A stretch of DNA of 63,392 nt, counting the filler, from Acidimicrobiia bacterium (GTDB taxonomy: Bacteria; Actinomycetota; Acidimicrobiia; Spongiisociales; JAENVV01), in NCBI GenBank assembly GCA_041577335.1. It is 6 parts of 6 records of this genome, joined end to end, with 100 filler letters (N's around TTAATTAATTAA, not from the genome) between each part and the next. Parts side by side here need not be neighbours in the genome. Positions count along the whole stretch, not along the records: positions 35,210 to 45,972 come from JBFGJH010000085.1; positions 46,073 to 56,114 come from JBFGJH010000087.1; 4 more parts are not named here. The stretch is one strand, 5' to 3'. How positions within the stretch are numbered: position 1 is the stretch's first letter; the number at the start of each line of letters is the position of its first letter. Below the pieces are notes generated by a model, which was not told the origin of the DNA, did no database searches, and saw nothing but the letters and a program-made list of their open reading frames with translations. The translations under genes and the position numbers were made by a program. Shown here one piece after another: positions 41,247 to 52,302 of this stretch.

Positions 41247-41282
41247 AAAGGACCCCCTCGGCGGTCACCGAGGGGGTCCTTT
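41247..41282. terminator. Intrinsic terminator or intercistronic hairpin after the BMP gene
   Basis: AAAGGACCCCCTCGG-CGGTCA-CCGAGGGGGTCCTTT. Confidence 0.7.
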
Positions 41283-41306
41283 TGTTCAGTGACTCAAGCC
41301 GTGGCT

Positions 41307-42446
41307 TCAGTCAGCACTGTTCGTGTCGATCTCGCCAGAGATGATCAACGCCTTGATTGCCTCCAACTCGGCAGCCAAGTCCGGATTGTCCTTGAGCGCG
41401 TTGGTGAGCGGAGCGATGTCGACGCCGCCCGATTCCAGCGTGGAAACGAGGAACGGGGTCGTGGTGCCGTTGGCGACATTGCGAGCTGCATCGTTCACGG
41501 CCACATCGACCTTCTTCAACACGGAAGTCAGGATGATGTCGTCGTACTCTGGAGCGGTCTGCGTCCAGTCTGCATCGACGCCGATGATCCGGATGGTTCC
41601 CAGCTCCTGCGCAAAGGCAGCAGAGCCGAGGCCGACAGGACCGGCAACCGGCAGGATGATGTCGGCACCTTCATCGGCCAGGTTCTCGGCGAATGCACGG
41701 CCATCCTCGAGTGAATCGAAGTTGCCGGTGAACAAGCCGTCCTGGGTGGCCGGGTCCCAACCGAGGACCACGACGTCAGTGCCCTTCTGTTCGTTGTAGT
41801 ACTGGACACCGAGGGCATAGCCTTCCATGAAGTCGGTGACCGGCGGGCCAACGTTGATGCCACCGAACGTGCCAACGACGCCCGTCTGCGTCTGATCAGC
41901 GGCCACGTAGCCGGCCAAGAAAGCCGCCTGATGCGTGCTGAACACGAGGCCTTGCACGTTGTTGTAGGGCGGGTCATAGGCAAAGTCGACGATCGCGAAC
42001 TCCTGGTCGGGATTCGCGGTGGCCGCAATGCCAGTGGCGTCACCGAGCAAGAAGCCAACGGTGACGATCAGCTCACATTCGTCCGAGGAGACAAACTGGT
42101 TGATGTTCGGCTCGTAGTCGGTTTCTGCGCTCGATTCGAGTACGCGAGCCTCCCAACCAAGCTCGGCCTCGGCGGCCTTGGCGCCGTCAAACGCCAGCTG
42201 GTTGAAGCTCTTGTCGTCGACGCCGCCCGTGTCGGTGACCTCGCAGATCGCCTGCGCCATCACCTCCTCAGTCGTGGGAGGGGCAGTGGTGGCAGGGGCC
42301 TCTGTGGCGGGCGGGGCCGTCGTTGCCGGGGCCTCCGTCGTGGGTGCTTCGGTGGTCGGTGCTTCGGTGGTGTCGCTCGTAGAGCCGCACGCCGCGGCAA
42401 TGAGGGCAAACGCCAAGAGCAGCGCGAACCAAGTTCGTTTCTTCAT
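41307..42446 (-). CDS. BMP-family ABC substrate-binding lipoprotein (nucleoside-binding type)
   Basis: AAAC lipobox, TTEAP linker repeats, DTGGVDDKSFNQ and IIGVDAD. Confidence 0.92.
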   Translation of the reverse strand: MKKRTWFALLLAFALIAAACGSTSDTTEAPTTEAPTTEAPATTAPPATEAPATTAPPTTEEVMAQAICEVTDTGGVDDKSFNQLAFDGAKAAEAELGWEARVLESSAETDYEPNINQFVSSDECELIVTVGFLLGDATGIAATANPDQEFAIVDFAYDPPYNNVQGLVFSTHQAAFLAGYVAADQTQTGVVGTFGGINVGPPVTDFMEGYALGVQYYNEQKGTDVVVLGWDPATQDGLFTGNFDSLEDGRAFAENLADEGADIILPVAGPVGLGSAAFAQELGTIRIIGVDADWTQTAPEYDDIILTSVLKKVDVAVNDAARNVANGTTTPFLVSTLESGGVDIAPLTNALKDNPDLAAELEAIKALIISGEIDTNSAD

Positions 42447-42605
42447 GAAATAGCTTCCTCCTGATTTCGGAACTCCCAGAAGCCGCCTGGAAGCGGTCGG
42501 AAGTCTATCGGATTTGCAGGGTACCTCGCTCAAAACAGGGCGATGACGAGGAAACAGTGTCATTCGGCCCGGGTAGCAGGGCCCGATATCGAATCGGAAC
42601 GGTCG

Positions 42606-45104
42606 CTAGTTGTCCGCCAGCTCCACCGGTGGAACATCGGGACTGGCGAACGTCTCAAAGGTCAGCTCTTGATTCTCTTCGTCCAGATCGACGACGATCG
42701 TGCTTCCCGCTTCGAACTCGCCAAGCAGCACCTTTTCGGACAACGTGTCCTCGAGGAGCCGCTGAATCGATCGGCGCAGCGGTCGGGCACCGAGCTCGGG
42801 GTCGTATCCTTCCGTCGCCAGGAATTCCTTGGCGGCGTCGGAGAGCACCAAATCGAGGCTCTGGCTGCCGAGCTGTTTGACGACTCGGATGAGCATCAGG
42901 TCGACGATCTGCTTCACCTCATCGAGGGTCAGTTCGTGATAGACGATGATCTCGTCGATCCGGTTGATGAACTCAGGCCGGAAATGGCGCTTGAGCTCGT
43001 CGGTGACCTTTTCTTTCATCTTCTCGTACGTCACCTCATCCGAATCCGCCGAGAAGCCGACCGATTTCTTGCGAAGGTCACGGGTACCGAGGTTCGACGT
43101 CATGATGATGACAGTGTTCTTGAAGTCGACAATCCGTCCCTGCGAGTCCGTCAGGCGCCCGTCCTCGAGAATCTGGAGGAGGGTGTTGAACACGTCGGGA
43201 TGGGCCTTTTCCACCTCGTCGAAGAGCACGACCGAGAACGGCTTGCGCCGCACGGCTTCGGTCAGCTGTCCACCTTCGTCATATCCAACATATCCCGGAG
43301 GCGAACCGACCAGGCGTGACACCGTGTGCTTGTCCATGTACTCGGACATATCGAGCTGAATCAAGGAGTCTTCGTCACCGAACAGGAACTCGGCGAGCGT
43401 CTTGGCTGTTTCGGTCTTGCCAACACCCGATGGGCCCAAGAAGATGAACGAGCCCGCCGGACGTTTCGGATCCTTGAGACCCGCCCGGGTTCGCCGGATC
43501 GCCCGGCTGACGGCTCCGATGGCGTCCTCCTGGCCGATGATGCGCTTGTGCAACTCTTCTTCCATGTGGACGAGACGGGCGGTTTCCTCCTCGGTGAGGC
43601 GGTGCACGGGAATGCCGGTCCACATGGCCAAGACCTCGGCGATCTCTTCTTCGTCGATGACCCAGTCAACGTCTTCGCCGGCTTGGCGCAGCTCGCTTTC
43701 GCGCGTGGCACGCTCAGCGACGAGGCCCCGCTCCTGATCGCGCAGCTGGGCGGCCCGTTCGAACTGTTGCGATTGCACAGACTCGGACTTGTCGGTTCGA
43801 ATCTTGGAGATCTTCTCGTCGATCTCGGCGATTTCGGGGCTGGCCGCCTTGCGCTGGATCCGCATCCGCGATCCCGCCTCGTCGATGAGGTCGATGGCCT
43901 TGTCCGGCAAGAAACGATCGGACAGGTATCGGTCGGCGAGGTTGGCGGCATTCACGAGCGCCTGCTCGGTGAAGCGGACCTTGTGGTGGGACTCGTAACG
44001 GTCCTTCAAACCCTTGAGGATCATGATGGTGTCGGAAACCGTCGGCTCGTCCACCTGCACGGGCTGAAAGCGGCGCTCGAGCGCGGAGTCCTTCTCCAGG
44101 TACTTGCGATACTCCTCGAGCGTTGTGGCACCGACGGTTTGCAGCTCGCCACGCGCCAGCATGGGCTTGAGGATACTGGCCGCGTCGATGGCGCCTTCGG
44201 CGGCGCCTGCTCCCACGAGAGTATGGATTTCGTCGATGAAGATGATGATGTCGCCCCGGGTGCGGATCTCCTTCAGCACCTTCTTGAGCCGCTCCTCAAA
44301 ATCTCCGCGGTAGCGCGAGCCGGCAACGAGAGCACCCAAGTCGAGGGTGTAGAGCTGCTTGGCGTTCAACGTCTCTGGCACCTCGTTGGCCACGATGCGC
44401 TGAGCCAGTCCTTCAACGATGGCGGTCTTGCCAACGCCGGGCTCGCCGATCAAGACCGGGTGGTTCTTGGTGCGCCGGGAAAGGATTTGCATGACCCGTT
44501 CGATCTCGCGTTGACGACCGATGACTGGATCGAGCTTGCGATCTCGGGCGGCCTGCGTGAGGTTGCGGCCGAATTGGTCGAGCACGGTCGACCCAGTGGC
44601 GGCGCTCTCCCCTCGCCCACTCCCGGAGCCAGTGCCGGCCGTGGCGCCCGCTCCTTGCTCTTCGGATTGCGCACCCGAAAGCAGCTGGATGACGGTTTGG
44701 CGGACCTTGGGCAGGTCGGCGCCGAGCTTCTGAAGCACTTGGGCGGCGACGCCTTCGCCTTCACGGATGAGGCCGAGCAGGATGTGCTCGGTCCCGATGT
44801 AGTTGTGCCCGAGCTGCAACGCCTCGCGGAGGGACAACTCGAGGACCTTCTTCGCTCGGGGAGTGAAGGGAATGTGACCAGACGGTGCCTGCTGGCCCTG
44901 TCCGATGATCTCGATGACCTGCGAACGCACGTTGTCGAGGTTGATGCCGAGCGATTCGAGCGCCTTGGCGGCGACGCCCTCACCCTCATGGATCAGACCG
45001 AGAAGGATGTGCTCGGTTCCGATGTAATTGTGGTTGAGGAGCCGCGCCTCTTCCTGCGCAAGAACTACGACCCGGCGAGCTCTGTCTGTAAATCGCTCAA
45101 ACAC
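42606..45104 (-). CDS. clpC: ATP-dependent Clp protease ATPase ClpC
   Basis: [20 protein letters not shown], two Walker A motifs ([16 protein letters not shown]), UVR domain, VGF loop. Confidence 0.97.
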   Translation of the reverse strand: MFERFTDRARRVVVLAQEEARLLNHNYIGTEHILLGLIHEGEGVAAKALESLGINLDNVRSQVIEIIGQGQQAPSGHIPFTPRAKKVLELSLREALQLGHNYIGTEHILLGLIREGEGVAAQVLQKLGADLPKVRQTVIQLLSGAQSEEQGAGATAGTGSGSGRGESAATGSTVLDQFGRNLTQAARDRKLDPVIGRQREIERVMQILSRRTKNHPVLIGEPGVGKTAIVEGLAQRIVANEVPETLNAKQLYTLDLGALVAGSRYRGDFEERLKKVLKEIRTRGDIIIFIDEIHTLVGAGAAEGAIDAASILKPMLARGELQTVGATTLEEYRKYLEKDSALERRFQPVQVDEPTVSDTIMILKGLKDRYESHHKVRFTEQALVNAANLADRYLSDRFLPDKAIDLIDEAGSRMRIQRKAASPEIAEIDEKISKIRTDKSESVQSQQFERAAQLRDQERGLVAERATRESELRQAGEDVDWVIDEEEIAEVLAMWTGIPVHRLTEEETARLVHMEEELHKRIIGQEDAIGAVSRAIRRTRAGLKDPKRPAGSFIFLGPSGVGKTETAKTLAEFLFGDEDSLIQLDMSEYMDKHTVSRLVGSPPGYVGYDEGGQLTEAVRRKPFSVVLFDEVEKAHPDVFNTLLQILEDGRLTDSQGRIVDFKNTVIIMTSNLGTRDLRKKSVGFSADSDEVTYEKMKEKVTDELKRHFRPEFINRIDEIIVYHELTLDEVKQIVDLMLIRVVKQLGSQSLDLVLSDAAKEFLATEGYDPELGARPLRRSIQRLLEDTLSEKVLLGEFEAGSTIVVDLDEENQELTFETFASPDVPPVELADN

Positions 45105-45273
45105 GGCGGCAAGTCTCCTTGTGACTCAGACTCCCAGGGGAGCCATGCCAGGGCAGTATAGCCAGCGCCCGTTGGTAGCTCGACACCGGCCCTACGGCCG
45201 TCGCCCCCCATGTGGGGGCAACCGTCCTAGTCATTTCGGCATCCACCCCAGGCGCCTGTACGATTATTTGGTC

Positions 45274-45972
45274 ATGGACGCTCCGAGTATTCGCGATCTC
45301 GTACCCCTCAATCACATCTGGGAACAGATGGACGCGGTCGAAAGCAGGTTGCTGGAAGCCACCGAAGCCGACGATCCGTTCCTGACGAAGATCGCTCAGC
45401 ACCTGTTGGTGGCCGGTGGGAAACGATTTCGGCCACTGCTCGCCCAACTGGCTGCCGAGTTCGGCCCCGAGGACGACGGTCGCAGGGTGGAAGCAGGCGT
45501 CGCAGTGGAACTCATCCATGTCGGCTCGCTCTATCACGACGACGTGATGGACGATGCCATGGTCCGCCGCGGCGAACCGTCGGGCAACGCTTTGTATGGC
45601 GACTCACTGGCGATCATGGCCGGAGACTTTCTCCTCGCCAGGGCCAGCCAGGTCGCCGCGACTCACCTCGGCCTCGAATCGGTTCACCTCTTGGCGACGA
45701 CCTACGCCAGCCTCGTCGAGGGCCAAACGAGGGAGTTGCAACTCGACTTCGATCTGGGTCACGGAGAAGATGCTTACTACCGCGTGATCGGCGGCAAGAC
45801 CGCCAGCTTGATCAGAGCATCCGCTCGCCTCGGAGCACTCGCCGCGGACGCCGAGCCCGCGGTGACCGAAGCGTTGTCGGACTGGGCATGGGAGCTGGGC
45901 ATCGTGTTCCAGATAACCGATGACGCGCTCGACCTGGTCGCCGACGACGACTTCCTGGGCAAACCAGCCGGA
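45274..45972 (+). CDS. Polyprenyl diphosphate synthase (3' truncated)
   Basis: GGKRFRP, HDDVMD-x4-RRG, GKTA and FQITDDALD. Confidence 0.93.
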
Positions 45973-46072
45973 NNNNNNNNNNNNNNNNNNNNNNNNNNNN
46001 NNNNNNNNNNNNNNNNTTAATTAATTAANNNNNNNNNNNNNNNNNNNNNNNNNNNNNNNNNNNNNNNNNNNN
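45973..46072. other. Artificial contig spacer
   Basis: N run with TTAATTAATTAA. Confidence 0.99.
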
Positions 46073-46125
46073 CCGCTTCTCCATCGCCGTTGGGCCAGCT
46101 GACCAACGGATGCACGCCGGTTGGT

Positions 46126-46371
46126 TCAGCGCGGGTACCTGGCGTACCCTCGGTAGTGGCTGCGTTCGTTTATCCCGTGGCCGTGGACGATCAAGTACAC
46201 CACAAGGCCCACCCATGGGACGCCGATCACGAAAAGGATCCACAAGGCCTTGGCAACGCCGCCGACCTCCTTGTTCACGACAATATCCGCAACTACCAGC
46301 ACAAGCGCAGCTATCCAGGCCGCAAACAGAAAGAACATGAGCATCGCCCAAGAAAGCTCCAACACCGGCAT
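46126..46371 (-). CDS. Small membrane protein, PLDc_N-like
   Basis: DIV...KALWILFVIGVPWVGLVVYLI pattern; GAGGAG RBS. Confidence 0.75.
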   Translation of the reverse strand: MPVLELSWAMLMFFLFAAWIAALVLVVADIVVNKEVGGVAKALWILFVIGVPWVGLVVYLIVHGHGINERSHYRGYARYPR

Positions 46372-46505
46372 GCCAACTCCTCTTCGATTCGGCCAAACAC
46401 TGAGCGTAGTGGAGCGAGCGGTCATACTCACCTCTGTTGTGATATTGCCGTGCGCATGACGTCGGACGAGATGCCAACGCCATGGAGGCGCCCCGCTGGA
46501 CACGA

Positions 46506-46533
46506 GAAAGCGGCCCCGTGCGGGGCCGCTTTC
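46506..46533 (-). terminator. Intrinsic terminator downstream of mscL
   Basis: GAAAGCGGCCCCG-TG-CGGGGCCGCTTTC. Confidence 0.75.
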
Positions 46534-46561
46534 CGTCTTGGAGGCGCTGAGCGCCAATGGG

Positions 46562-46939
46562 CTACTTGGTCAGGTTGTCGCGAATCTCGGTGAGCAGATC
46601 GACCTCGCTGGGTCCTGCTTCTTCTTCCTCTTCGGCCGCCTGCATTTTGTTGTATGCCTTGACGACGAAGAACATCACCAGACCGACGATCAAGAAGTTG
46701 ATCACCGCCCCAACGAATGCACCGACCGAACCGAGTGGTACGCCGTCCTCGCCAACTCCGTCACCGAACGTACCGATGTTGTCGATGCCGTCCAACGAGA
46801 AGACCATCGCGATCAACGGGTTGACGATGCGATCCACGAATGAACCGATAACCGCCGCGAAGGCGATACCCATGACGAACGCGACGGCGAATTCCACCAG
46901 GTTTCCGCGCTGAATGAAGTCCCTGAATTCCTGAACCAA
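46562..46939 (-). CDS. mscL: Large-conductance mechanosensitive channel
   Basis: EFRDFIQRGNLVEFAVAFVMG, INFLI and LLTEIRD. Confidence 0.95.
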   Translation of the reverse strand: MVQEFRDFIQRGNLVEFAVAFVMGIAFAAVIGSFVDRIVNPLIAMVFSLDGIDNIGTFGDGVGEDGVPLGSVGAFVGAVINFLIVGLVMFFVVKAYNKMQAAEEEEEAGPSEVDLLTEIRDNLTK

Positions 46940-47161
46940 TATGGCTCCTTACTTTCGTGGCGCCCAGTCATCCGGGCACACTCCTATCCCTCCGGTGAGG
47001 GCTGGCGGATATGGTAAACGGACCACCCAGGCCAGCGCGACCGGGCGAGCAGGGGCGTGGATCAGCCTCGCTCCGGCGGCTCCCGGCACCGATGACGGCG
47101 TGGATTCGGTTGTGCGGCCCGCCCGTTACCCTTCCCGTATCCACAACCGACGTGAGCCTCA

Positions 47162-49180
47162 ATGAACCGTCTCGCCGCAGAAACCTCCCCGTACCTGCTC
47201 CAACACGCCGACAATCCAGTGGACTGGTATCCGTGGGGCGAAGAAGCTTTCGCGGAGGCTCGCTCTCGCGAGCGCCCGATCCTGCTGTCCGTCGGGTATT
47301 CGTCGTGCCACTGGTGCCACGTCATGGCGCACGAGTCGTTCGAGGATCGCGAGACGGCTGCGGTCATGAACGACTTGTTCGTCAACGTGAAAGTCGACCG
47401 CGAGGAGCGCCCCGACGTCGACGCCATCTACATGAACGCTGTCCAGGCAATGACCGGGCGTGGTGGCTGGCCCATGACCGTCTGGCTCACTCCGGAAGGC
47501 AAGCCGTTCTACGCCGGAACGTACTTTCCGAAGGTCGATCACTCGGGAATGCCGGCGTTCAGCCGGGTGATGGCGGCCGTCGATGAGGCATGGCGGGATC
47601 GCCGGGACCGTGCGATAGAGAGCGCCGAGCAGCTGACGAAGTCGATCAGCCAGACAATTCCCAAGGGATCCGCCGTTCCCGGCCAGGATTCGGTGGAGGC
47701 GGCCTATCGATCGCTCGTGGGAGCATTCGACGACGACTTCGGCGGTTTCGGAGGTGCGCCGAAGTTCCCCCAAGAACCGGTCCTGGAATTCCTTCTCAGG
47801 ATCGTTGATGAGCCATGGGCACCAGAGGCGCGTGACATGCTGCGCGCCACACTGCGGGAAATGGCAGTTGGCGGCATCCGAGACCATCTCGGCGGCGGTT
47901 TTGCCCGGTACGCCGTCGACCAGGTGTGGCTCATCCCCCATTTCGAAAAGATGCTCTACAACAACGCCCTGCTCGCCCATCTCTACCTCCGCGCAGCCCA
48001 GTTGGGGGGACCTCATTCCAAGCGCTTCGATGAGGTTGCGCGGTCGACCCTCGACTACGTTCTCCGGGATCTGAGCCATCCTGACGGAGGCTGGTACGCC
48101 GCCGAAGATGCCGACTCCGAGGGTCACGAAGGGAAGTTCTACGTCTTCACGAAGAGCGAGTTCGATTCCATCGTGGGAGAGGATGCGTCAATCGCAGGCG
48201 CCTACTTCGGAGTCACGGACCGAGGCAACTTCGAAGGCAGCAATCACCTGCACGAGGCGAAACCACTGGCACTCGTCGCAGGTGAGTTCGATATCACGGC
48301 CGAAGACGCCGCCGCTGCCGTCGAGCGGGCCAAGCAGAAGCTGCTGCTCGTGCGAAATACCAGAGTACGTCCGGGCCGAGACGACAAAGTGATCACCAGT
48401 TGGAACGGCCTGATGCTGCGAACAATGGCAGAGGCAGCAATGGTCCTGGGAGAACCCCGGTATTTGCAGGCGGCCATAGCCAACGCAGAGTTCGTGACGA
48501 CCCGCCTCATCGCAGATGGCAGAGCGCAAAGATCTTGGAAGGATGGCACTTCGACCGACGGGTTCCTCGATGACCACGCCGCATATGCCTTGGGCCTGTA
48601 CACCCTCTACCAGGTGACCGGCGACGTTGCCTGGTATCGAGCGGCCGAGGAACTCGTGGAAACGATCATCGCTCACTACTGGGATTCCGACGCCGGATTG
48701 TTCCAGGTAGCGGACGATGCCGAAGCACTCATCACCCGACCCAAAGACCAGATGGACAACCCCGCACCCTCGGGAGCCTCGCTGGCCGTCGAGGCGCTCC
48801 TGTGGTCGAGCCTCTATCGAGGCGACTCGAAGCGAAGGCAGATAGCCGACGAGATCATCCGGGAATCCGCCCGCCTGGCTGAGTCGTATCCAACCGCCGC
48901 CGGCCACCTGCTGGCGGTTCTTTCCTCCCTCGTCGCCGGCTACGACGAGGTGGCGATCGTTGGGCCAGATGCAGAGGAACTCCACGCGGTCGTCTGGGAT
49001 CGGTACCGGCCGAATCTGGTCGTCGCCTATGCTCCCGACGGCACGGTCGACGAAGCGGTGCCGTTGTTGGCCGATCGCCAGCCCGGGCGGGCCTACGTGT
49101 GCGAAGGATTTGTGTGCCGATTGCCGGTCACGTCCCCGGGCGCTCTTCGATCCGAGCTCGACGGCTCACGCACCGCATGA
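47162..49180 (+). CDS. Thioredoxin-domain YyaL/SSP411-like protein
   Basis: [27 protein letters not shown] and PHFEKMLY. Confidence 0.92.
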   Translation: MNRLAAETSPYLLQHADNPVDWYPWGEEAFAEARSRERPILLSVGYSSCHWCHVMAHESFEDRETAAVMNDLFVNVKVDREERPDVDAIYMNAVQAMTGRGGWPMTVWLTPEGKPFYAGTYFPKVDHSGMPAFSRVMAAVDEAWRDRRDRAIESAEQLTKSISQTIPKGSAVPGQDSVEAAYRSLVGAFDDDFGGFGGAPKFPQEPVLEFLLRIVDEPWAPEARDMLRATLREMAVGGIRDHLGGGFARYAVDQVWLIPHFEKMLYNNALLAHLYLRAAQLGGPHSKRFDEVARSTLDYVLRDLSHPDGGWYAAEDADSEGHEGKFYVFTKSEFDSIVGEDASIAGAYFGVTDRGNFEGSNHLHEAKPLALVAGEFDITAEDAAAAVERAKQKLLLVRNTRVRPGRDDKVITSWNGLMLRTMAEAAMVLGEPRYLQAAIANAEFVTTRLIADGRAQRSWKDGTSTDGFLDDHAAYALGLYTLYQVTGDVAWYRAAEELVETIIAHYWDSDAGLFQVADDAEALITRPKDQMDNPAPSGASLAVEALLWSSLYRGDSKRRQIADEIIRESARLAESYPTAAGHLLAVLSSLVAGYDEVAIVGPDAEELHAVVWDRYRPNLVVAYAPDGTVDEAVPLLADRQPGRAYVCEGFVCRLPVTSPGALRSELDGSRTA

Positions 49181-49193
49181 GGCTCAAGACCGA

Positions 49194-50147
49194 CTAGTCG
49201 GGCGCCAATCCCAGCCCGTGCCCCACCTCGGTGTACCTTGCTGATGATTCAGCGAGCGTTTCGGCTCCGAACCAAATAATGCTGATCCACAACAAATCGG
49301 CGAGCAAGAGGTGGACCAACTGCAGCCAGATGGGTGTGAGCAGCACGACATTGAGTACGCCCGCCACCAGCTGGATCCCCACCAACCACATCACTGCCAA
49401 CGCCGGGCGTTCGCCCCTTCCCATACGCTTGCCGTAGTGCATCACGACCCAAGCCACAAAGATGCCGACGGCAACCGCCAACACCGGGTGAACGACGCGT
49501 AGCCGCGTCAGCCAGGCCGACGTCGTATCGAAATCGGCGTTGAATCCCGAGACGAGCGACTCCGAGGGAAACAGCGTATCGGCAAGCGCAGTGACGGCGC
49601 CGCTGGCGGCGAGCACAATCATCGCCCCGGCCGAGCCCGCGACCAGGCCCGCCAGCGTGCGGTCCGTGCTGATCTTTGGCCGATCTCCGCCCGCCGCGAA
49701 CCAGACAACGAGACTGAGTGCCGCCAGCAGAAACAACGTATTGACGAGGTGGGCGGGAACGATGATGGCGCGAGCCAAGGAAGCGTCGTCGGCAACCCAC
49801 TCGCCTCGCACGAGCGCTGCTCCGAACAGGCCTTCGGTGATGACGAACACCAACGACCACAGAGCGGCTTTGCGGGCCGGATGGCCGGCCGAGAACGATC
49901 TCCGTACCACCAACACGAGGCCGATGATCACGACGCCGGTGAGGCCCGAAGTCGCTCGATGGGCGAACTCAATCGCCTGGGCGCCTTCTGCTCCCCGGGG
50001 AATGATCTCCCCTTGGCAGGTGGGCCAAGAGCGGCCGCATCCCGCCCCTGAGCCTGACGCCCGGACGTAGGCGCCCAGCAATATGACGCCGAGCGTGTAG
50101 GCGAGCGTGCCAATGGCGTAGCGGGTCGTCGGTGTCCGCAGATCCAT
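49194..50147 (-). CDS. ctaA: COX15/CtaA heme A synthase family
   Basis: SGAGCGRSWPTC, IEFAHR and conserved His residues in TM helices. Confidence 0.8.
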   Translation of the reverse strand: MDLRTPTTRYAIGTLAYTLGVILLGAYVRASGSGAGCGRSWPTCQGEIIPRGAEGAQAIEFAHRATSGLTGVVIIGLVLVVRRSFSAGHPARKAALWSLVFVITEGLFGAALVRGEWVADDASLARAIIVPAHLVNTLFLLAALSLVVWFAAGGDRPKISTDRTLAGLVAGSAGAMIVLAASGAVTALADTLFPSESLVSGFNADFDTTSAWLTRLRVVHPVLAVAVGIFVAWVVMHYGKRMGRGERPALAVMWLVGIQLVAGVLNVVLLTPIWLQLVHLLLADLLWISIIWFGAETLAESSARYTEVGHGLGLAPD

Positions 50148-50198
50148 GAGCCAAGTCTACGGCGCTTCCCTCCCTGCACCGCCGCCTACCATGACCGC

Positions 50199-51164
50199 AT
50201 GCAGATCCATGACGACGTGCTGGGCGCCATCGGTCACACGCCACTGGTCAGACTCGGCCGCCTTCACCCGCATGGCAATCTGGTTGCCAAGCTCGAATTC
50301 ATGAACCCGGGCGGATCGATCAAGGAGCGGATCGCCGTGTGCATGATCGACGCGGCCGAAGAGGCAGGGCTCTTGAAGCCGGGCGGCACAATCATCGAAC
50401 CGACGTCGGGAAATACCGGCGTGGGACTCGCACTCGTGGGCGCGGTCCGCGGGTACCGGGTGATCTGCACTGTGCCCGACAAGGTATCCAAGGAGAAACA
50501 GGATCTCTTGCGGGCCTACGGGGTGGAGGTCATCGAGACACCGACCAACCTGCTTCCGGAGGATGAAGACTCCTACTACGGAGTTGCCCGGCGATTGGCT
50601 GACGAGATTCCCGGAGCATTCCGGCCGGATCAGTACGCCAATCGCTTCAATCCCCAAGCCCACTACGAGACAACGGGGCCTGAGATCTGGCAACAGACTG
50701 ACGGCACCGTCGGAGCGGTGGTAGCAGGCGCCGGAACGGGCGGCACGTTGAGCGGGATCAGCCGCTACCTCAAGGAACAGGATCCGGGCGTCCTCATCAT
50801 CGGCGCCGATCCGGAAGGCTCGATCTACACCGCCCCATCCATGGAGGCCGTCCACCAGTACCGGGTGGAGGGAGTCGGCGAGGACTTCTGGCCAGAGACG
50901 ATCGACCTCGCCATGATCGATGAGTTCATCATGGTTGGAGACGAAGCATCGTTCGCCATGACCCGGCGCCTGGCGTCCGACGAGGGCATCCTCACCGGAG
51001 GGTCGGGAGGTATGGCCGTCGTGGCCGCCGCCGAGGTTGCCGAACGTCTCGACGACCGCCTCGTCGTGGTCGTCCTCCCGGACTCGGGTCGCGGCTACCT
51101 GTCCAAGGTTTTCAATGATGACTGGATGCGCGACAACGGATTCGGGGCACGGAATGAAGTTTGA
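50199..51164 (+). CDS. cbs: Cystathionine beta-synthase / cysteine synthase family (no CBS domains)
   Basis: NPGGSIKER, EPTSGNTG, GTGGT, EGVGEDF and PDSGRGYLSK; overlaps metB. Confidence 0.8.
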   Translation: MQIHDDVLGAIGHTPLVRLGRLHPHGNLVAKLEFMNPGGSIKERIAVCMIDAAEEAGLLKPGGTIIEPTSGNTGVGLALVGAVRGYRVICTVPDKVSKEKQDLLRAYGVEVIETPTNLLPEDEDSYYGVARRLADEIPGAFRPDQYANRFNPQAHYETTGPEIWQQTDGTVGAVVAGAGTGGTLSGISRYLKEQDPGVLIIGADPEGSIYTAPSMEAVHQYRVEGVGEDFWPETIDLAMIDEFIMVGDEASFAMTRRLASDEGILTGGSGGMAVVAAAEVAERLDDRLVVVVLPDSGRGYLSKVFNDDWMRDNGFGARNEV

Positions 51165-52290
51165 GACCAAGGCGATCCACGTGGGCCAAGAGCCCGACCC
51201 GACGACCGGGGCAGTCATCACGCCGATCTATGCCACCTCCACCTATGTCCAGGAGGCTCCCGGGAAGCACGCCGGCTACGAATACTCCCGGACCGACAAC
51301 CCCACACGCCGAGCCCTCGCCGATGTTCTGGCATCCCTGGAGGGCGCCGGGCCAGGAGGCGGCTCGGTCATCACCTCGTCGGGGCTGGCCGCTACATCAC
51401 TGATTGGCTGGCTCCTCGCTCCTGGCGACCATGTCCTTCTTCCCAACGACGCGTACGGCGGCACGTTTCGGTTCTTCGCCAGAGTGCTCGGCGAGCACGG
51501 CGTCGAGTACTCATCGACGGATATGACCAGCCCCGCTTCTCTTTCTGCCGGCATTCGTCCCAACACCAAGGTGATCTGGGTGGAGACGCCCACCAACCCC
51601 CTGCTGCGCCTCGTCGACCTGAAGGAAGCCGCAACCTTGGCGCACGACGCGGGCGCTTTGCTGGTTGTGGACAACACGTTTGCGACCCCCTTTCTGCAAC
51701 GGCCGCTCGAATCCGGGGCCGATGTTATCCTGCATTCCACGACCAAGTACATGGGCGGGCACTCGGACGTTGTCGGCGGCGCCCTCGTGACCGATCAACC
51801 GGCTCTTCTCGAACGGCTCAAGTTCTTCGAGAATGCCGCCGGCCCCGTAGCGGGGCCATTCGATGCGTGGCTGGTTCTGAGAGGGGTCAAGACCCTGGCG
51901 TTGAGAATGGAACGGCACAGCATCAACGGCGCAGCGGTCGCCAGGTTCCTCGAAAGCGACGATCGCGTCGAGAGTGTCTTTTACCCAGGTCTGGAGTCGC
52001 ATCCACAGCATGAGTTGGCCCGGCGTCAGATGAGCGATTTCGGCGGGATGGTCTCGTTCGTGCCCAAAGGCTCCGCCGAGAAAGCCAGTGAGATCACGAG
52101 TCGCACCGAGCTCTTCTTCCTGGCGGAGAGCTTGGGCGGGGTCGAGTCCCTGATCGAACTTCCCGCCGCGATGACTCACATGTCGGTGGCCGGCACCGAC
52201 CTCGAGGTCCCGGCTGAGCTCATCCGCTTGTCGGTTGGCATCGAACACATCGATGATCTCATTGCCGACCTCGACCGGGCGTTGGGATAG
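51154..52290 (+). CDS. metB: Cystathionine gamma-synthase/gamma-lyase
   Basis: YSRTDNPT, ETPTNP, VDNTFATP, HSTTKY and AESLGGVESL. Confidence 0.85.
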   Translation: MKFETKAIHVGQEPDPTTGAVITPIYATSTYVQEAPGKHAGYEYSRTDNPTRRALADVLASLEGAGPGGGSVITSSGLAATSLIGWLLAPGDHVLLPNDAYGGTFRFFARVLGEHGVEYSSTDMTSPASLSAGIRPNTKVIWVETPTNPLLRLVDLKEAATLAHDAGALLVVDNTFATPFLQRPLESGADVILHSTTKYMGGHSDVVGGALVTDQPALLERLKFFENAAGPVAGPFDAWLVLRGVKTLALRMERHSINGAAVARFLESDDRVESVFYPGLESHPQHELARRQMSDFGGMVSFVPKGSAEKASEITSRTELFFLAESLGGVESLIELPAAMTHMSVAGTDLEVPAELIRLSVGIEHIDDLIADLDRALG

Positions 52291-52302
52291 GCAAGCCGCG
52301 GG

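Noticed and set aside
42250..42375. Short DNA repeats in the BMP lipoprotein gene
   Set aside because: They encode an ordinary Thr/Pro/Ala-rich TTEAP linker after the lipobox.
43326..45161. Long antisense ORFs (611 aa opposite clpC; also 29575-31362, 35495-36919 and 4987-6480)
   Set aside because: Shadow ORFs expected opposite real genes in high-GC DNA; no motifs of their own.
46940..47161. Riboswitch between mscL and yyaL
   Set aside because: Only a 9-bp inverted repeat (TCGGTTGTG/CACAACCGA) is visible; no riboswitch consensus recognised.
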